Source: an uncultured Anaerolineales bacterium (GTDB lineage Bacteria; Chloroflexota; Anaerolineae; Anaerolineales; UBA11858). Taken from it: a DNA stretch of 64,000 bases. Location: NCBI GenBank assembly GCA_964344175.1, contig CAYFMI010000009.1, positions 1,148-65,147 of the forward strand, written 5' to 3'. Position numbers and translations under genes: made by a program. This document shows positions 8,726-18,206 of this stretch, in pieces; within the stretch, counting starts at the first letter, position 1; each line of letters opens with the position of its first letter. A model generated the notes under the pieces. That model was not told the origin of the DNA. It ran no database searches and saw nothing but the letters and a program-made list of their open reading frames with translations.

Positions 8726-8853
8726 CTGCCCGTCAATTTTAGAAGTGGATTCGTCAAAAGCGTAGATGTGAAACCTTTGTAGAAGTTTTGCATCTAAAAA
8801 CTGGATAGTTCCGCTGAAGCGTTCCTAATGTTTTGCGAAGGAGATTTTTGGAT

Positions 8854-10260
8854 ATGAGTTACACGATTATAGATGTTCCGGCAGGTGGAGCAAAGATCGG
8901 CATCAAAGACAGCGTTTTACAAGTGCCCGACAACCCCATTGTGCCGTTTGTAGAAGGGGATGGCACGGGGCGCGATATCTGGCGTTCTTCGGTGCGCGTG
9001 TTCGATGCCGCAGTTGAAAAGGCCTATGGCGGAAAACGAAAAATCCACTGGATGGAAGTATTCGCCGGAGAAAAAGCCTTTGACAGTTTTGGCTCCTGGC
9101 TGCCCGATGAAACGATTCGGGCCTTCAAAGAATTTTTGGTCGGTATCAAAGGCCCATTGACCACCCCTGTCGGCGGGGGGATTCGCTCATTGAACGTGGC
9201 CTTGCGCAAAGCGTTAGATTTATATGTCTGCCAGCGCCCGGTGCAATATCTCGAAGGGGTGCCTTCACCGGTAAAACACCCCGAATATGTGGATATGGTC
9301 ATCTTCCGCGAGAACACAGAAGACATATACACCGGCGCAGAGTTTGAATTTGGCAGCAATGAAAATGCCGCTTTCATCGCTCTGCTGGAAGAGAAATTCC
9401 CCGAACAATACGCCAAATTCCGCTTCCCCAACACCGCCGGAATCAGCATCAAGCCGGTTTCGAAAGAAGGCACCGAACGCTTAGTGCGTTCTGCAATTCG
9501 CTGGGCATTGCAAAACAACCGTCGAGGGGTGAGCCTGGTTCACAAAGGCAATATCATGAAATTCACCGAGGGCGCCTTCCGCAATTGGGGCTACGAACTT
9601 GCCACTCGCGAGTTCCGCCAGGAGGTTGTCACCGAGCGTGAAACCTGGATTTTAGGAAATAAAGAAGCCAATTCTGATCTGACAGTAGAAGAGAATGCCC
9701 GCATGATTGACCCCGGCTTTGAGATGATGGCCCCCGACAAACAGCAAGAGATTATCGCAGAAGTCGAAGCCGCTCTGGCCCTGTGGGAAACACACGGCAA
9801 CGGGCAGTGGAAGAGCAAGCTGCTCATCAAAGACACAATTGCCGATATTGTCTTCCAACAGACCATCACCCGCGCCAAAGAATTTGATGTACTGGCTACG
9901 ATGAACCTGAATGGCGATTACCTCTCCGACGCGCTGGCCGCGCAAATTGGCGGAATGGGTATTGCCCCCGGTGCCAATATTAACTACGAGACCGGCCACG
10001 CTATTTTTGAGGCCACTCATGGCACCGCTCCTAAATATGCCGACAAAGATCAGGTCAACCCCGGCTCGGTGATTCTTTCGGGTGAAATGATGTTCCGCTA
10101 TATGGGCTGGCACGAAGTTGCCGATTTAATTATCAAAGGTATGCGCGGAGCCGTAACCGCGAAAACCGTGACGTATGACTTCCACCGCCTGATGGACGGT
10201 GCAACGAAATTAAAGTGCTCCGAATTTGGTGATGCCATCATCGCCCATATGGACGACTAG
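8854..10260 (+). CDS. icd: NADP-dependent isocitrate dehydrogenase
   Basis: [51 protein letters not shown] motifs; AAGGAG SD upstream of ATG 8854. Confidence 0.9.
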   Translation: MSYTIIDVPAGGAKIGIKDSVLQVPDNPIVPFVEGDGTGRDIWRSSVRVFDAAVEKAYGGKRKIHWMEVFAGEKAFDSFGSWLPDETIRAFKEFLVGIKGPLTTPVGGGIRSLNVALRKALDLYVCQRPVQYLEGVPSPVKHPEYVDMVIFRENTEDIYTGAEFEFGSNENAAFIALLEEKFPEQYAKFRFPNTAGISIKPVSKEGTERLVRSAIRWALQNNRRGVSLVHKGNIMKFTEGAFRNWGYELATREFRQEVVTERETWILGNKEANSDLTVEENARMIDPGFEMMAPDKQQEIIAEVEAALALWETHGNGQWKSKLLIKDTIADIVFQQTITRAKEFDVLATMNLNGDYLSDALAAQIGGMGIAPGANINYETGHAIFEATHGTAPKYADKDQVNPGSVILSGEMMFRYMGWHEVADLIIKGMRGAVTAKTVTYDFHRLMDGATKLKCSEFGDAIIAHMDD

Positions 10261-10303
10261 ACAAAAGACCATAATCCTAAGTGAAACCAATCCAACGACG
10301 GGT

Positions 10304-10368
10304 GGTTAATCGCAGACAGGTGATGAGCCGCGATCAACCGCCGGTCGTTGTTGTTTTTAGCACCAAAG
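10304..10368 (+). terminator. intrinsic terminator after icd
   Basis: AACGACGGGTGGTT ... AACCGCCGGTCGTT 14-bp stem (one mismatch, one G.U) followed by TTGTTTTT. Confidence 0.55.
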
Positions 10369-10380
10369 TACTACAATATT

Positions 10381-10409
10381 TTGCGAATTATCTGCTTTTG
10401 GGGTATGAT
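10381..10409 (+). promoter_or_regulatory. candidate sigma-70 promoter TTGCGA-N17-TATGAT for the histidine kinase gene
   Basis: hexamers and 17-nt spacing counted directly. Confidence 0.4.
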
Positions 10410-10520
10410 TAATTTCGTCCGATCGTTGCAATTTGATTCTTCTCCTACAATGATCCTTTCCACATACGTCTGTCCTGTTGTCCAACGCGTTCGATAAGCT
10501 CAAACATCAAATGGAGGGAT

Positions 10521-11939
10521 ATGCCCGACATCCTAACATCACTCAGCACAACACAGTTACTTCTCATTGTTGGGGGCATCGCTTTCCTGGTGGGAGGCAT
10601 CATTGCCAGCATCTTGTGGCAGTGGAGAAAAGCGAATAGCGACCGCCGTAACCGGTCACGCATGAAAAAACAATCCAGAGAAGAAGCGCTAAAACGGCAA
10701 CAAATCGCCAGAGTAAAAGCGCAGCAACTTGATGCCAGTCGCATGCGAGAAGTCTACCGCCTGCTCTCAAACCTGACAGCCACGCTCAATTATCAACGCG
10801 TCCTCGAACTGGCGCTCGATATGGGGCTGCAAGCGCTAGCCTCAACCAACGATCCCAACGAGCGGCTGGTCAGCGCGGTACTCCTCTTCGCCAACAATGA
10901 CGAGGAAACTCCCAGCCTGTATATTGGCGCTTCACGCCGCCTGACACCCGCCGACCTCAAGTTGACGTTTCCCGGCGTCAAAGGTGTTCTGAAAGAAACC
11001 ATTGACGAAGGCGGAGGCATCGCGGCCCAAAAACCTTCCCAAGACCCCGAACTCAGAAATATCATGGCCTTTCAGGGATGCAATTCGCTGTACTGCATCC
11101 CACTCCGCCAGGGCATTGACACCTATGGGGTAATCCTATTTGCCCACCCGCAAGAAAACTACTTCCACCCGACCCACCGCGAAGTACTCAACATCATTGC
11201 CAAACAAGCTGTGATCTCCATTCAAAATGCGCGCCTCTACCAGGATTTGGAACAAGAGAAAGAGCGCATGATGGACATTCAAGAGGAAGCTCGCAAAAAG
11301 CTGGCCCGCGACCTGCATGATGGCCCCACACAATCGGTTGCAGCCATTGCTATGCGGGTCAATTTTGCCCGCCGTTTGATGGAGCGCGATCAGAACGCTG
11401 CCTCCGATGAACTTTTTAAAATCGAAGATCTGGCCCGCCGCACGACTAAAGAAATCCGCCATATGCTCTTCACGCTTAGGCCTCTGGTACTCGAATCTAA
11501 AGGGTTAACTGCGGCTGTTGAATCGATGGCGGAGAAAATGGGAGAAACCTTCGACCAAAATGTCTTGCTCGATATTTCTCAAGAAGTGGTTTCACTCCTC
11601 GAAATCGACAAGCAAGGCGTCATCTTTTACATTATTGAAGAGGCTGTCAACAACGCCCGCAAACACGCCGAGGCGGCGCACATTTGGGTTCGCCTGCGCC
11701 CCATTCAGGATGATTTGGCATTGCTCGAAATTCAAGACGACGGGCTGGGGTTCGATGTCAAATCGGTAACGGCATCGTATGAGCATCGTGGCAGCCTGGG
11801 CATGATTAACCTGCGCGAACGCACCGAGCTGGTCAGCGGCGTACTCAACATTGAATCTACCCCTGGAGCAGGCACCCACATCCAGGTAGCGATCCCGCTT
11901 ACTGAAGAAGCCATCGACCGCATCCGCCACAGCGTATGA
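10521..11939 (+). CDS. membrane-anchored GAF-domain sensor histidine kinase (HisKA_3 / NarL-partner type)
   Basis: N-terminal TM helix, charged coiled region, GAF-like middle, H-box LARDLHDGPTQS, N-box EEAVNNARKHA, DDGLGF, GSLGMINLRER. Confidence 0.8.
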   Translation: MPDILTSLSTTQLLLIVGGIAFLVGGIIASILWQWRKANSDRRNRSRMKKQSREEALKRQQIARVKAQQLDASRMREVYRLLSNLTATLNYQRVLELALDMGLQALASTNDPNERLVSAVLLFANNDEETPSLYIGASRRLTPADLKLTFPGVKGVLKETIDEGGGIAAQKPSQDPELRNIMAFQGCNSLYCIPLRQGIDTYGVILFAHPQENYFHPTHREVLNIIAKQAVISIQNARLYQDLEQEKERMMDIQEEARKKLARDLHDGPTQSVAAIAMRVNFARRLMERDQNAASDELFKIEDLARRTTKEIRHMLFTLRPLVLESKGLTAAVESMAEKMGETFDQNVLLDISQEVVSLLEIDKQGVIFYIIEEAVNNARKHAEAAHIWVRLRPIQDDLALLEIQDDGLGFDVKSVTASYEHRGSLGMINLRERTELVSGVLNIESTPGAGTHIQVAIPLTEEAIDRIRHSV

Positions 11940-12343
11940 CATCACCAACCCCTGCCCCAACCTGGCTGAAAGCCTCGGCCATCGGAGTGGGGGTTTTGAT
12001 TCTGCTGTGGCTTCCCCGTGAAGACACACATACGAATTATGTCCTCCTTTTTGCATTATGTATTAGCGCGCTCCTGGCGTTGCACGCCACACTCAGACGA
12101 CCTGCACCCCGCCAACCAATCGCGCACGCCAGCATTATTGGCCTCCTGGCCGGAACTGCCATCACACCGTTGGCGCTCATCATCATCGCCGCAAAAACCG
12201 GCTTACACAGTCATGCGGGCGTTCCCGATTTCACCACACAACAAATCATCGCCATGCTTCATATGACCCCCTATTTTGCAGCAGGCGGTTTGCTGGTCGG
12301 TGTTGGCACGGGCATTTGGCAGCAGTTCAAACCCAATCATTAG
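11936..12343 (+). CDS. hypothetical polytopic membrane protein, translationally coupled (ATGA) to the kinase gene
   Basis: about 4 hydrophobic helices; ATGA start/stop overlap at 11936-11939. Confidence 0.5.
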   Translation: MTSPTPAPTWLKASAIGVGVLILLWLPREDTHTNYVLLFALCISALLALHATLRRPAPRQPIAHASIIGLLAGTAITPLALIIIAAKTGLHSHAGVPDFTTQQIIAMLHMTPYFAAGGLLVGVGTGIWQQFKPNH

Positions 12344-12351
12344 GAGTTCTC

Positions 12352-13140
12352 ATGCCTTTTGCGGCAGACTTGTATTATTTCGAACATCAAGGGGGAACGG
12401 CATGGTTACCGCCCGTGATATTAATTCACGGAGCCGGCGGCCATCACCTGCATTGGCCCGCACAAATTCGACGCCTGGGCAAGTACCCAATCTACGCGGT
12501 CGATTTGCCCGGCCACGGAAAATCATCTGGGCGCGGCCAGCAAACCATTGCAGCCTATGCCCAAAACCTGATAAGCTGGATGGATGCTCTAGATATGCAC
12601 CGGGCTGTCTTCGTAGGACACTCGATGGGGGGCGCCATCGCGCTGTGGATGGGCACTCAGCGCCCGGAACGCGTTCTGGGGTTGGGGCTGGTTGCAACCG
12701 GTGCTAAGCTGAAAGTTGATCCTGCTATTCTCGAAAACGCAAGCCGCTCAGAGACTTTCCCGACCCTTATCGAAATGATCGCAAACTGGGCCTTTGGCCC
12801 CCAGGCCGATGAACGCTTAGTTGAATTAGCCACCCAACGCATGGCAGAGATTCGTCCATCGGTAATGCATAGCGATTTTGTAGCCTGCCGTGCTTTTAAT
12901 ATCATGACCGAAATCTCAGGCATTCCGGCAACCTGTGCCGTGATCTGCGGCGAGGATGACCAGCTAACTCCCCCGCGCCACTCTCAATACCTGGCAGCGA
13001 ATATTCCTAAAGCTACACTACATCTCATTCCCAACGCCGGGCACATGGTGCAACTGGAGCAACCCGAAGCCGTAGCCGAGGCTTTGACCGGGCTATTGAA
13101 AAATATCCCCTTCCAGCCCGGTGGAGAAGCGGTACAATAG
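12352..13140 (+). CDS. alpha/beta-fold hydrolase
   Basis: ILIHGAGGH..., nucleophile elbow GHSMGG, C-terminal NAGHMVQLE; AGGAG SD before ATG 12352. Confidence 0.75.
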   Translation: MPFAADLYYFEHQGGTAWLPPVILIHGAGGHHLHWPAQIRRLGKYPIYAVDLPGHGKSSGRGQQTIAAYAQNLISWMDALDMHRAVFVGHSMGGAIALWMGTQRPERVLGLGLVATGAKLKVDPAILENASRSETFPTLIEMIANWAFGPQADERLVELATQRMAEIRPSVMHSDFVACRAFNIMTEISGIPATCAVICGEDDQLTPPRHSQYLAANIPKATLHLIPNAGHMVQLEQPEAVAEALTGLLKNIPFQPGGEAVQ

Positions 13141-13165
13141 ATAGCGAATTATCAGGTTGAAAATA

Positions 13166-13221
13166 CCCGAAAAATAGGGGTGCAAGCGGGCGGTGCCGCG
13201 TTTGCACCCCTATTTTTCGGG
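13166..13221. repeat. 56-nt hairpin repeat, family CCGAAAAATAGGGGTG...CACCCCTATTTTTCGG (copy 1)
   Basis: 20-bp perfect outer stem CCCGAAAAATAGGGGTGCAA / TTGCACCCCTATTTTTCGGG plus apical GCGG/CCGC. Confidence 0.75.
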
Positions 13222-13275
13222 CTTTCCTCTAGAAAGTACGCAACTCCTGACTTTAACGATTTGTTGGAGGTTCTT

Positions 13276-13827
13276 TTGAAAAAATATGTGTCCGATTATT
13301 TGTTTCTAGCCGTGCTCGCCGGCGTGATTGTGGCGCTCGATCAATGGACGAAGGCCCTTGTGCGCGCAAAATTACCCTTTGGCATGACCTGGACCCCCTG
13401 GGAGTGGTTAGCGCCTTATGCGCGTATTGTCCATTGGCAAAATACCGGAGCCGCTTTCGGTCTGGGTCAGGATTTGAACAACTTTTTTAAGATCTTAGGG
13501 TTTGTCGTTGTTGGCCTGATAATCTATTACTACCCGCAGATTCCGCGCCAGGAATGGCCGCTGCGGGTGGCCCTGGGCATGCAACTAAGCGGCGCTCTCG
13601 GCAACCTGATTGACCGTTTGACCATCGGGCATGTCACCGATTTTGTTTCGGTGGGGTCTTTCCCCGTGTTCAACGTTGCCGATGCCAGTATCTCCACAGG
13701 TGTGGTTGTCCTCATTATCGGGATGTGGATCCAAGAAAGACGAACAGCAGCCGCCTCAACGGAGTCCGATCAGCCTGCCGGGGAATCCGATTCATCACCG
13801 GGAGTCGTAGACCTGAAAAGTGAGTGA
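13276..13827 (+). CDS. lspA: lipoprotein signal peptidase II
   Basis: DQWTK, NTGAAFG, GNLIDR, FPVFNVADASI motifs; TTG start 5 nt after GGAGG. Confidence 0.8.
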   Translation: MKKYVSDYLFLAVLAGVIVALDQWTKALVRAKLPFGMTWTPWEWLAPYARIVHWQNTGAAFGLGQDLNNFFKILGFVVVGLIIYYYPQIPRQEWPLRVALGMQLSGALGNLIDRLTIGHVTDFVSVGSFPVFNVADASISTGVVVLIIGMWIQERRTAAASTESDQPAGESDSSPGVVDLKSE

Positions 13828-14749
13828 TCAACACTTTCTCTTCACTTTTGAGGAGAAATCGCCTCAACGGCTCGATAAATTTCTCACCCAGTGCCTTTCG
13901 GGTTTTTCTCGCTCGCGGGTGCAGTCACTTATCGAAACCGGGCTAGTGACCGTGAACGACGAAATTCCGCACAAGGCCGGTTTTAGCCTCACCCCCGGGG
14001 CACGCATCGCGGTCATCATCCCTCCCCCAGTTACAAGTCATCTCGAACCCGAAGCCATCCCTCTCGACATCCTGTTCGAAAATGACGATGTACTGGTGAT
14101 CGATAAGGCCGCCGGGATGGTCGTGCACCCTGCTGCGGGGCATGCCAGCGGGACGCTTGTTCATGCTGTGCTGGCACATGCCCCTGAGATTGAGGGGGTG
14201 GGCGGTGAGAAGCGGCCCGGCATTGTTCACCGTTTAGATAAAGATACCTCTGGCGTAATCATTTTGGCAAAGAACGACCGCGCCCATCAATGGTTGGGAC
14301 GCCAGTTCCAAGACCGGCAAGTGGGTAAGGTATACCTTGCCTTAGTCGATGGACACCCACCCACACCCAAAGGACGCGTTGAAGCCCCTATCGGTCGCGA
14401 TCCTTCCCATCGTCAACGCATGGCCGTGACACCGCCGCATAAAGGCCGCCAGGCGATCAGCGAGTATTTCACCCGTCAGCTATTTGATATGCACTCACTG
14501 CTCGAAGTGCATATTCACACGGGCCGCACGCATCAGATTCGCCTGCATATGGCCTTTTTGGACTGTCCAATTGTGGGTGACAAGGTATATGGCCGCCGTC
14601 AGCCCAGCCTGCCGGTCAAACGTCAATTTTTGCATGCCCATCGTTTGTCGATTATCATCCCCGGAGAAGCCAGCCCGCGCACGTTCGAAGCCCCCCTGCC
14701 GCCCGATTTAGCTCAAATTTTAGATCAATTGAAACAAGCCGCTAGTTGA
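13820..14749 (+). CDS. rluD: RluA-family 23S rRNA pseudouridine synthase (RluD-like, with S4 domain)
   Basis: RLDKFL S4-like N-terminus, HRLDKDTSGVIILAKN catalytic Asp motif, GRTHQIR. Confidence 0.8.
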   Translation: MSDQHFLFTFEEKSPQRLDKFLTQCLSGFSRSRVQSLIETGLVTVNDEIPHKAGFSLTPGARIAVIIPPPVTSHLEPEAIPLDILFENDDVLVIDKAAGMVVHPAAGHASGTLVHAVLAHAPEIEGVGGEKRPGIVHRLDKDTSGVIILAKNDRAHQWLGRQFQDRQVGKVYLALVDGHPPTPKGRVEAPIGRDPSHRQRMAVTPPHKGRQAISEYFTRQLFDMHSLLEVHIHTGRTHQIRLHMAFLDCPIVGDKVYGRRQPSLPVKRQFLHAHRLSIIIPGEASPRTFEAPLPPDLAQILDQLKQAAS

Positions 14750-14800
14750 AGGTTGTGGGGAGCAAGACGACTTTAAACATTCAAACGGCTGCCTTCAACT
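14744..14800. repeat. AGTTGAAGG ... CCTTCAACT inverted repeat of the GTTGAAGG family
   Basis: 9-bp arms read directly; left arm contains the rluD TGA stop. Confidence 0.55.
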
Positions 14801-14801
14801 C

Positions 14802-15860
14802 ATGGAGACAACGATGAAGATGATTGACCTACGTTCTGACACCGTAACCCACCCCACACCCGCAATGCAAGAGGCCATGTCTAGCGCCCGTCTCGGCGAC
14901 GACGTATACGGCGAAGATCCCACCGTCAACGAACTTCAAGCCCTGGCCGCAGATATGTTAGGCAAAGAGGCCGGCCTGTTCATCCCTTCAGGGACTATGG
15001 GCAATCTGGCCGCTATTCTGGCCCATTGCAACCGCGGCGATGAAGTCATCATGGGGAATCTGGCACACACCTTCCGTTATGAGGCTGGCGGGATTGCCGC
15101 CCTGGGCGGTATCCACCCCCACACAATCCCCAACCAGGCCGATGGCACACTGGCGCTGGATGAGATCGAAGAGGCCATCCGCCCCGATGACGCCCACCAC
15201 CCCATCACGCGCGCCATTGCACTGGAAAACACCCATAACCGCTGCGGCGGCGCGGCCCTGAGTGTGGAATACACCCAGGCCGTTGGCAATCTGGCCCACG
15301 CCCGCGGCATGGTCTTGCACTTGGACGGTGCGCGTATCTTCAATGCTGCTGCCGCCCAGGGCGTGGACGCTGTAAAATTAACCGCCCCTGTTGATTCGGT
15401 CACATTTTGCCTGAGCAAAGCCCTGTGTGCGCCGGTCGGCTCGGTACTCTGCGGCAGCGCCGATTTCATCCGCCGCGCCCACCGCATCCGCAAACAGCTT
15501 GGCGGCGGTATGCGCCAGGCCGGGGTGCTGGCCGCAGCGGGGATTACCGCCCTGCAAGAAGTTGTGCCGCGCTTGCCTGAAGATCATCGACGCGCCCAGA
15601 TTCTGGCACAAGGTCTGGCGCATATCCCTGGCATTGTTGTAGATACAACAACCCCGCCTTCGAATATAGTCTACTTGAATTTGCAAGATCATATTCCGGT
15701 GGGGGCGTCTGACATTGCCGCCCAACTTCAGAAACATCAGGTACGCGCCGGAGTAACCGGCAAACGCCGTTTCCGCCTGGTAACCCATTATTGGATCGAC
15801 GACCTGGCTGTAAAAAGTACCGTACAGGCCTTCGCCGAAGTACTCAAGACCTACTCGTGA
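14802..15860 (+). CDS. ltaE: low-specificity L-threonine aldolase (PLP-dependent)
   Basis: [37 protein letters not shown] (PLP Lys) motifs. Confidence 0.8.
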   Translation: METTMKMIDLRSDTVTHPTPAMQEAMSSARLGDDVYGEDPTVNELQALAADMLGKEAGLFIPSGTMGNLAAILAHCNRGDEVIMGNLAHTFRYEAGGIAALGGIHPHTIPNQADGTLALDEIEEAIRPDDAHHPITRAIALENTHNRCGGAALSVEYTQAVGNLAHARGMVLHLDGARIFNAAAAQGVDAVKLTAPVDSVTFCLSKALCAPVGSVLCGSADFIRRAHRIRKQLGGGMRQAGVLAAAGITALQEVVPRLPEDHRRAQILAQGLAHIPGIVVDTTTPPSNIVYLNLQDHIPVGASDIAAQLQKHQVRAGVTGKRRFRLVTHYWIDDLAVKSTVQAFAEVLKTYS

Positions 15861-15967
15861 TATAATTCCTTAAAGGCCCTTGATAAGCGAAAACGACACG
15901 CATATGGGGTGACGGTTCAACTGTCACCCCATCATGGCAATTACAGGCCACAAACAGGAGTTTCCCC

Positions 15968-16804
15968 ATGACCCAATTCATCACCCTCCCCGAAATTGAA
16001 CAAACCGCCGAGGCTATTCGGAAACAAATTCGTTCACAACCGCGCGTTGGCATCATCCTGGGGTCAGGCTTAGGCCCCCTGGCCGATACCATCCCCAACC
16101 CAGAAACCATCCCCTACGGGAAACTTCCCAACTGGCCTGTCTCCACCGTTATCGGGCACGAAGGCCAATTGGTCATCGGACAGCTTGAAAGCCAGGATGT
16201 ACTCATTATGCAGGGTCGAGCGCACTACTACGAAGGATACGGGATGGACCGCGTGACGATGCCCATTCGCGTGATGCAACGCCTGGGCATCGAAATCTTG
16301 TTCGTAACCAATGCCGCTGGAGCCGTTAACCCCGATTTTGAACCCGGCGACCTCATGCTGATTACCGATCATCTCAACTTATTAGGTATGTCTGGCCCGA
16401 ATCCCCTGCGCGGCCCCAACATGGAAGAATTTGGGGCGCGGTTTCCAGACATGAGCCGCGCATACGATGCCAAATTCCTGCATCTTGCCCGCGAAACCGC
16501 CGCCGCGGAGGGCTTCCGCCTCAATGAGGGTGTTTATGTGTGCCTGGCAGGCCCGTCCTTCGAAACACCCGCCGACTTGCGTTTCTTACGCGCCATTGGC
16601 GTAGACGCGGTTGGCATGTCCACCGTCCCCGAAGTGACGGTCGCCCGGCATGGCGGGATGCGTGTGATGGGTGTTTCTGGGATTAGCAACAAAGCTAATC
16701 TGGATGGCAGCACGATCACCACCCACGAAGAAGTGCTCGAAGCAGGTCAGATTATTGTCCCAAAAATGATCAAATTGCTGCGCGGGGTATTACGCAGCCT
16801 GTAG
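15968..16804 (+). CDS. purine nucleoside phosphorylase (trimeric PNP / PunA type)
   Basis: GIILGSGLG, GHEGQLV, GRAHYYEGY, NAAGA, GPSFETPAE-like GPSFETPAD, GMSTVPE. Confidence 0.85.
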   Translation: MTQFITLPEIEQTAEAIRKQIRSQPRVGIILGSGLGPLADTIPNPETIPYGKLPNWPVSTVIGHEGQLVIGQLESQDVLIMQGRAHYYEGYGMDRVTMPIRVMQRLGIEILFVTNAAGAVNPDFEPGDLMLITDHLNLLGMSGPNPLRGPNMEEFGARFPDMSRAYDAKFLHLARETAAAEGFRLNEGVYVCLAGPSFETPADLRFLRAIGVDAVGMSTVPEVTVARHGGMRVMGVSGISNKANLDGSTITTHEEVLEAGQIIVPKMIKLLRGVLRSL

Positions 16805-16922
16805 GGAAAATCTCGGCAGCAAATTGATCCGATGTCTTAAAAGACCCAGATCGTGCGCCCAGATTTCCGGTTAATCCTGGAGAAGGAAACTCCGCGTAAT
16901 TACCTTCCCGAAACAACGCCCA

Positions 16923-17612
16923 ATGGCAGACATATTACATTTTTTCAAAAATAATGAAGTCTTTGTCTACCTGATTTTGGGAATTCTCGCCATCTGGCAG
17001 ATTCGCAAATTCACGCTGGCCTGGGACGAATTGCGCAGCGCTGCTTTTGGCCTGGAACGAGAAAGCGCCCGCTCCCGCCTGAGTTGGGCAGCCAGTATGC
17101 TGGTATTGGTTTTTATTCTAGGGGTGGCAGAATTTGGCTTAGTGGCGTTTGTCGCGCCCGCAGTTCCGGGTGCATCCCCCTTGCTGACTCCAACAATAGA
17201 CCTATTGGCTACCCCTACAATTACCCTGGAGATTGAACAGGGCGCAGAAGTTGTCAATGCTACTTCCGCGCCTACGCTACAATCGGAAGATACCCGCTGC
17301 ATCCCTGGGCAAATCGAAATTCTCTCCCCAGAAGCCGGCGAAACCATCCAGGGGGTTGTAGAGATCCTCGGTACCGCCGACGTCCCCAATTTTGGGTTCT
17401 ACAAATTCGAAATGGCAAACCTAAACAATCCTAATTGGCTGACTATCCAGGCTGGCGATGTTCCCACCACTGAAGACCGCCTGGGTTATTGGGATACTTC
17501 GAGGCTGCCCGCCGGCGACTATGCCCTGAGGCTGATCGTCACCGACAATCAGGGCGATGCATTAGCGCCTTGCACCATCCAGGTGCGCGTCGAAGCGCCT
17601 GAAGAACCCTAA
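16923..17612 (+). CDS. hypothetical membrane-anchored protein with C-terminal Ig-like/beta-sandwich-looking domain
   Basis: two N-terminal hydrophobic helices; C-terminal ILSPEAGETIQGVVEILGTA...DYALRLIVTDNQGD; no catalytic motif. Confidence 0.45.
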   Translation: MADILHFFKNNEVFVYLILGILAIWQIRKFTLAWDELRSAAFGLERESARSRLSWAASMLVLVFILGVAEFGLVAFVAPAVPGASPLLTPTIDLLATPTITLEIEQGAEVVNATSAPTLQSEDTRCIPGQIEILSPEAGETIQGVVEILGTADVPNFGFYKFEMANLNNPNWLTIQAGDVPTTEDRLGYWDTSRLPAGDYALRLIVTDNQGDALAPCTIQVRVEAPEEP

Positions 17613-17619
17613 GGACATC

Positions 17620-18159
17620 ATGCCCGAAATTGAAATCCGACCTGCCATCGCGATAGATATACAAGCATTAGCATCACTGGAACACAGTTATTCCAGCGAT
17701 TTTGTTTGGCAAGTGGAATTTCGCCGCGAGAGTAATACCATTACAGTAAATTTTCGGGAGATACGCTTGCCGCGTTCTGTGCAAGTGCGTTATCCCCACA
17801 ACCCCCAAACATTGCTCGAAGATTGGACAGCGCGGGACGGGTTGTTGACAGCAGTAATGGATGGGGAACCTGTCGGTTATGCCAGCCTGGCATTGAACAT
17901 TCAACTACAGGCAACGCGGGTCACTGATCTGGCAGTTGCGCGGCGTGTGCGCAGGTTAAAGATTGGTAGTTCGCTGGTCGTGGCTGCGCAAGATTGGGCG
18001 GCACAACGTGACAGCCGCCGTTTGATCTTAGAGCTGCAACCCAAAAATTACCCCGCCATTCAAATGGCAAAAAAACTCGGTTTTGAGTTATGCGGCTATA
18101 ACGATCATTATTTTTCCAATCAAGACATTGCCCTTTTTTTCTCCAAATGGCTCAAATGA
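17620..18159 (+). CDS. GNAT family N-acetyltransferase
   Basis: acetyl-CoA pocket pattern VARRVRRLKIGSSLV, C-terminal AIQMAKKLGFEL. Confidence 0.7.
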   Translation: MPEIEIRPAIAIDIQALASLEHSYSSDFVWQVEFRRESNTITVNFREIRLPRSVQVRYPHNPQTLLEDWTARDGLLTAVMDGEPVGYASLALNIQLQATRVTDLAVARRVRRLKIGSSLVVAAQDWAAQRDSRRLILELQPKNYPAIQMAKKLGFELCGYNDHYFSNQDIALFFSKWLK

Positions 18160-18206
18160 TTCTTGCCCTAAACTTTTTCATTCGTCCTTTTTGATGTCAG
18201 ATTCTT

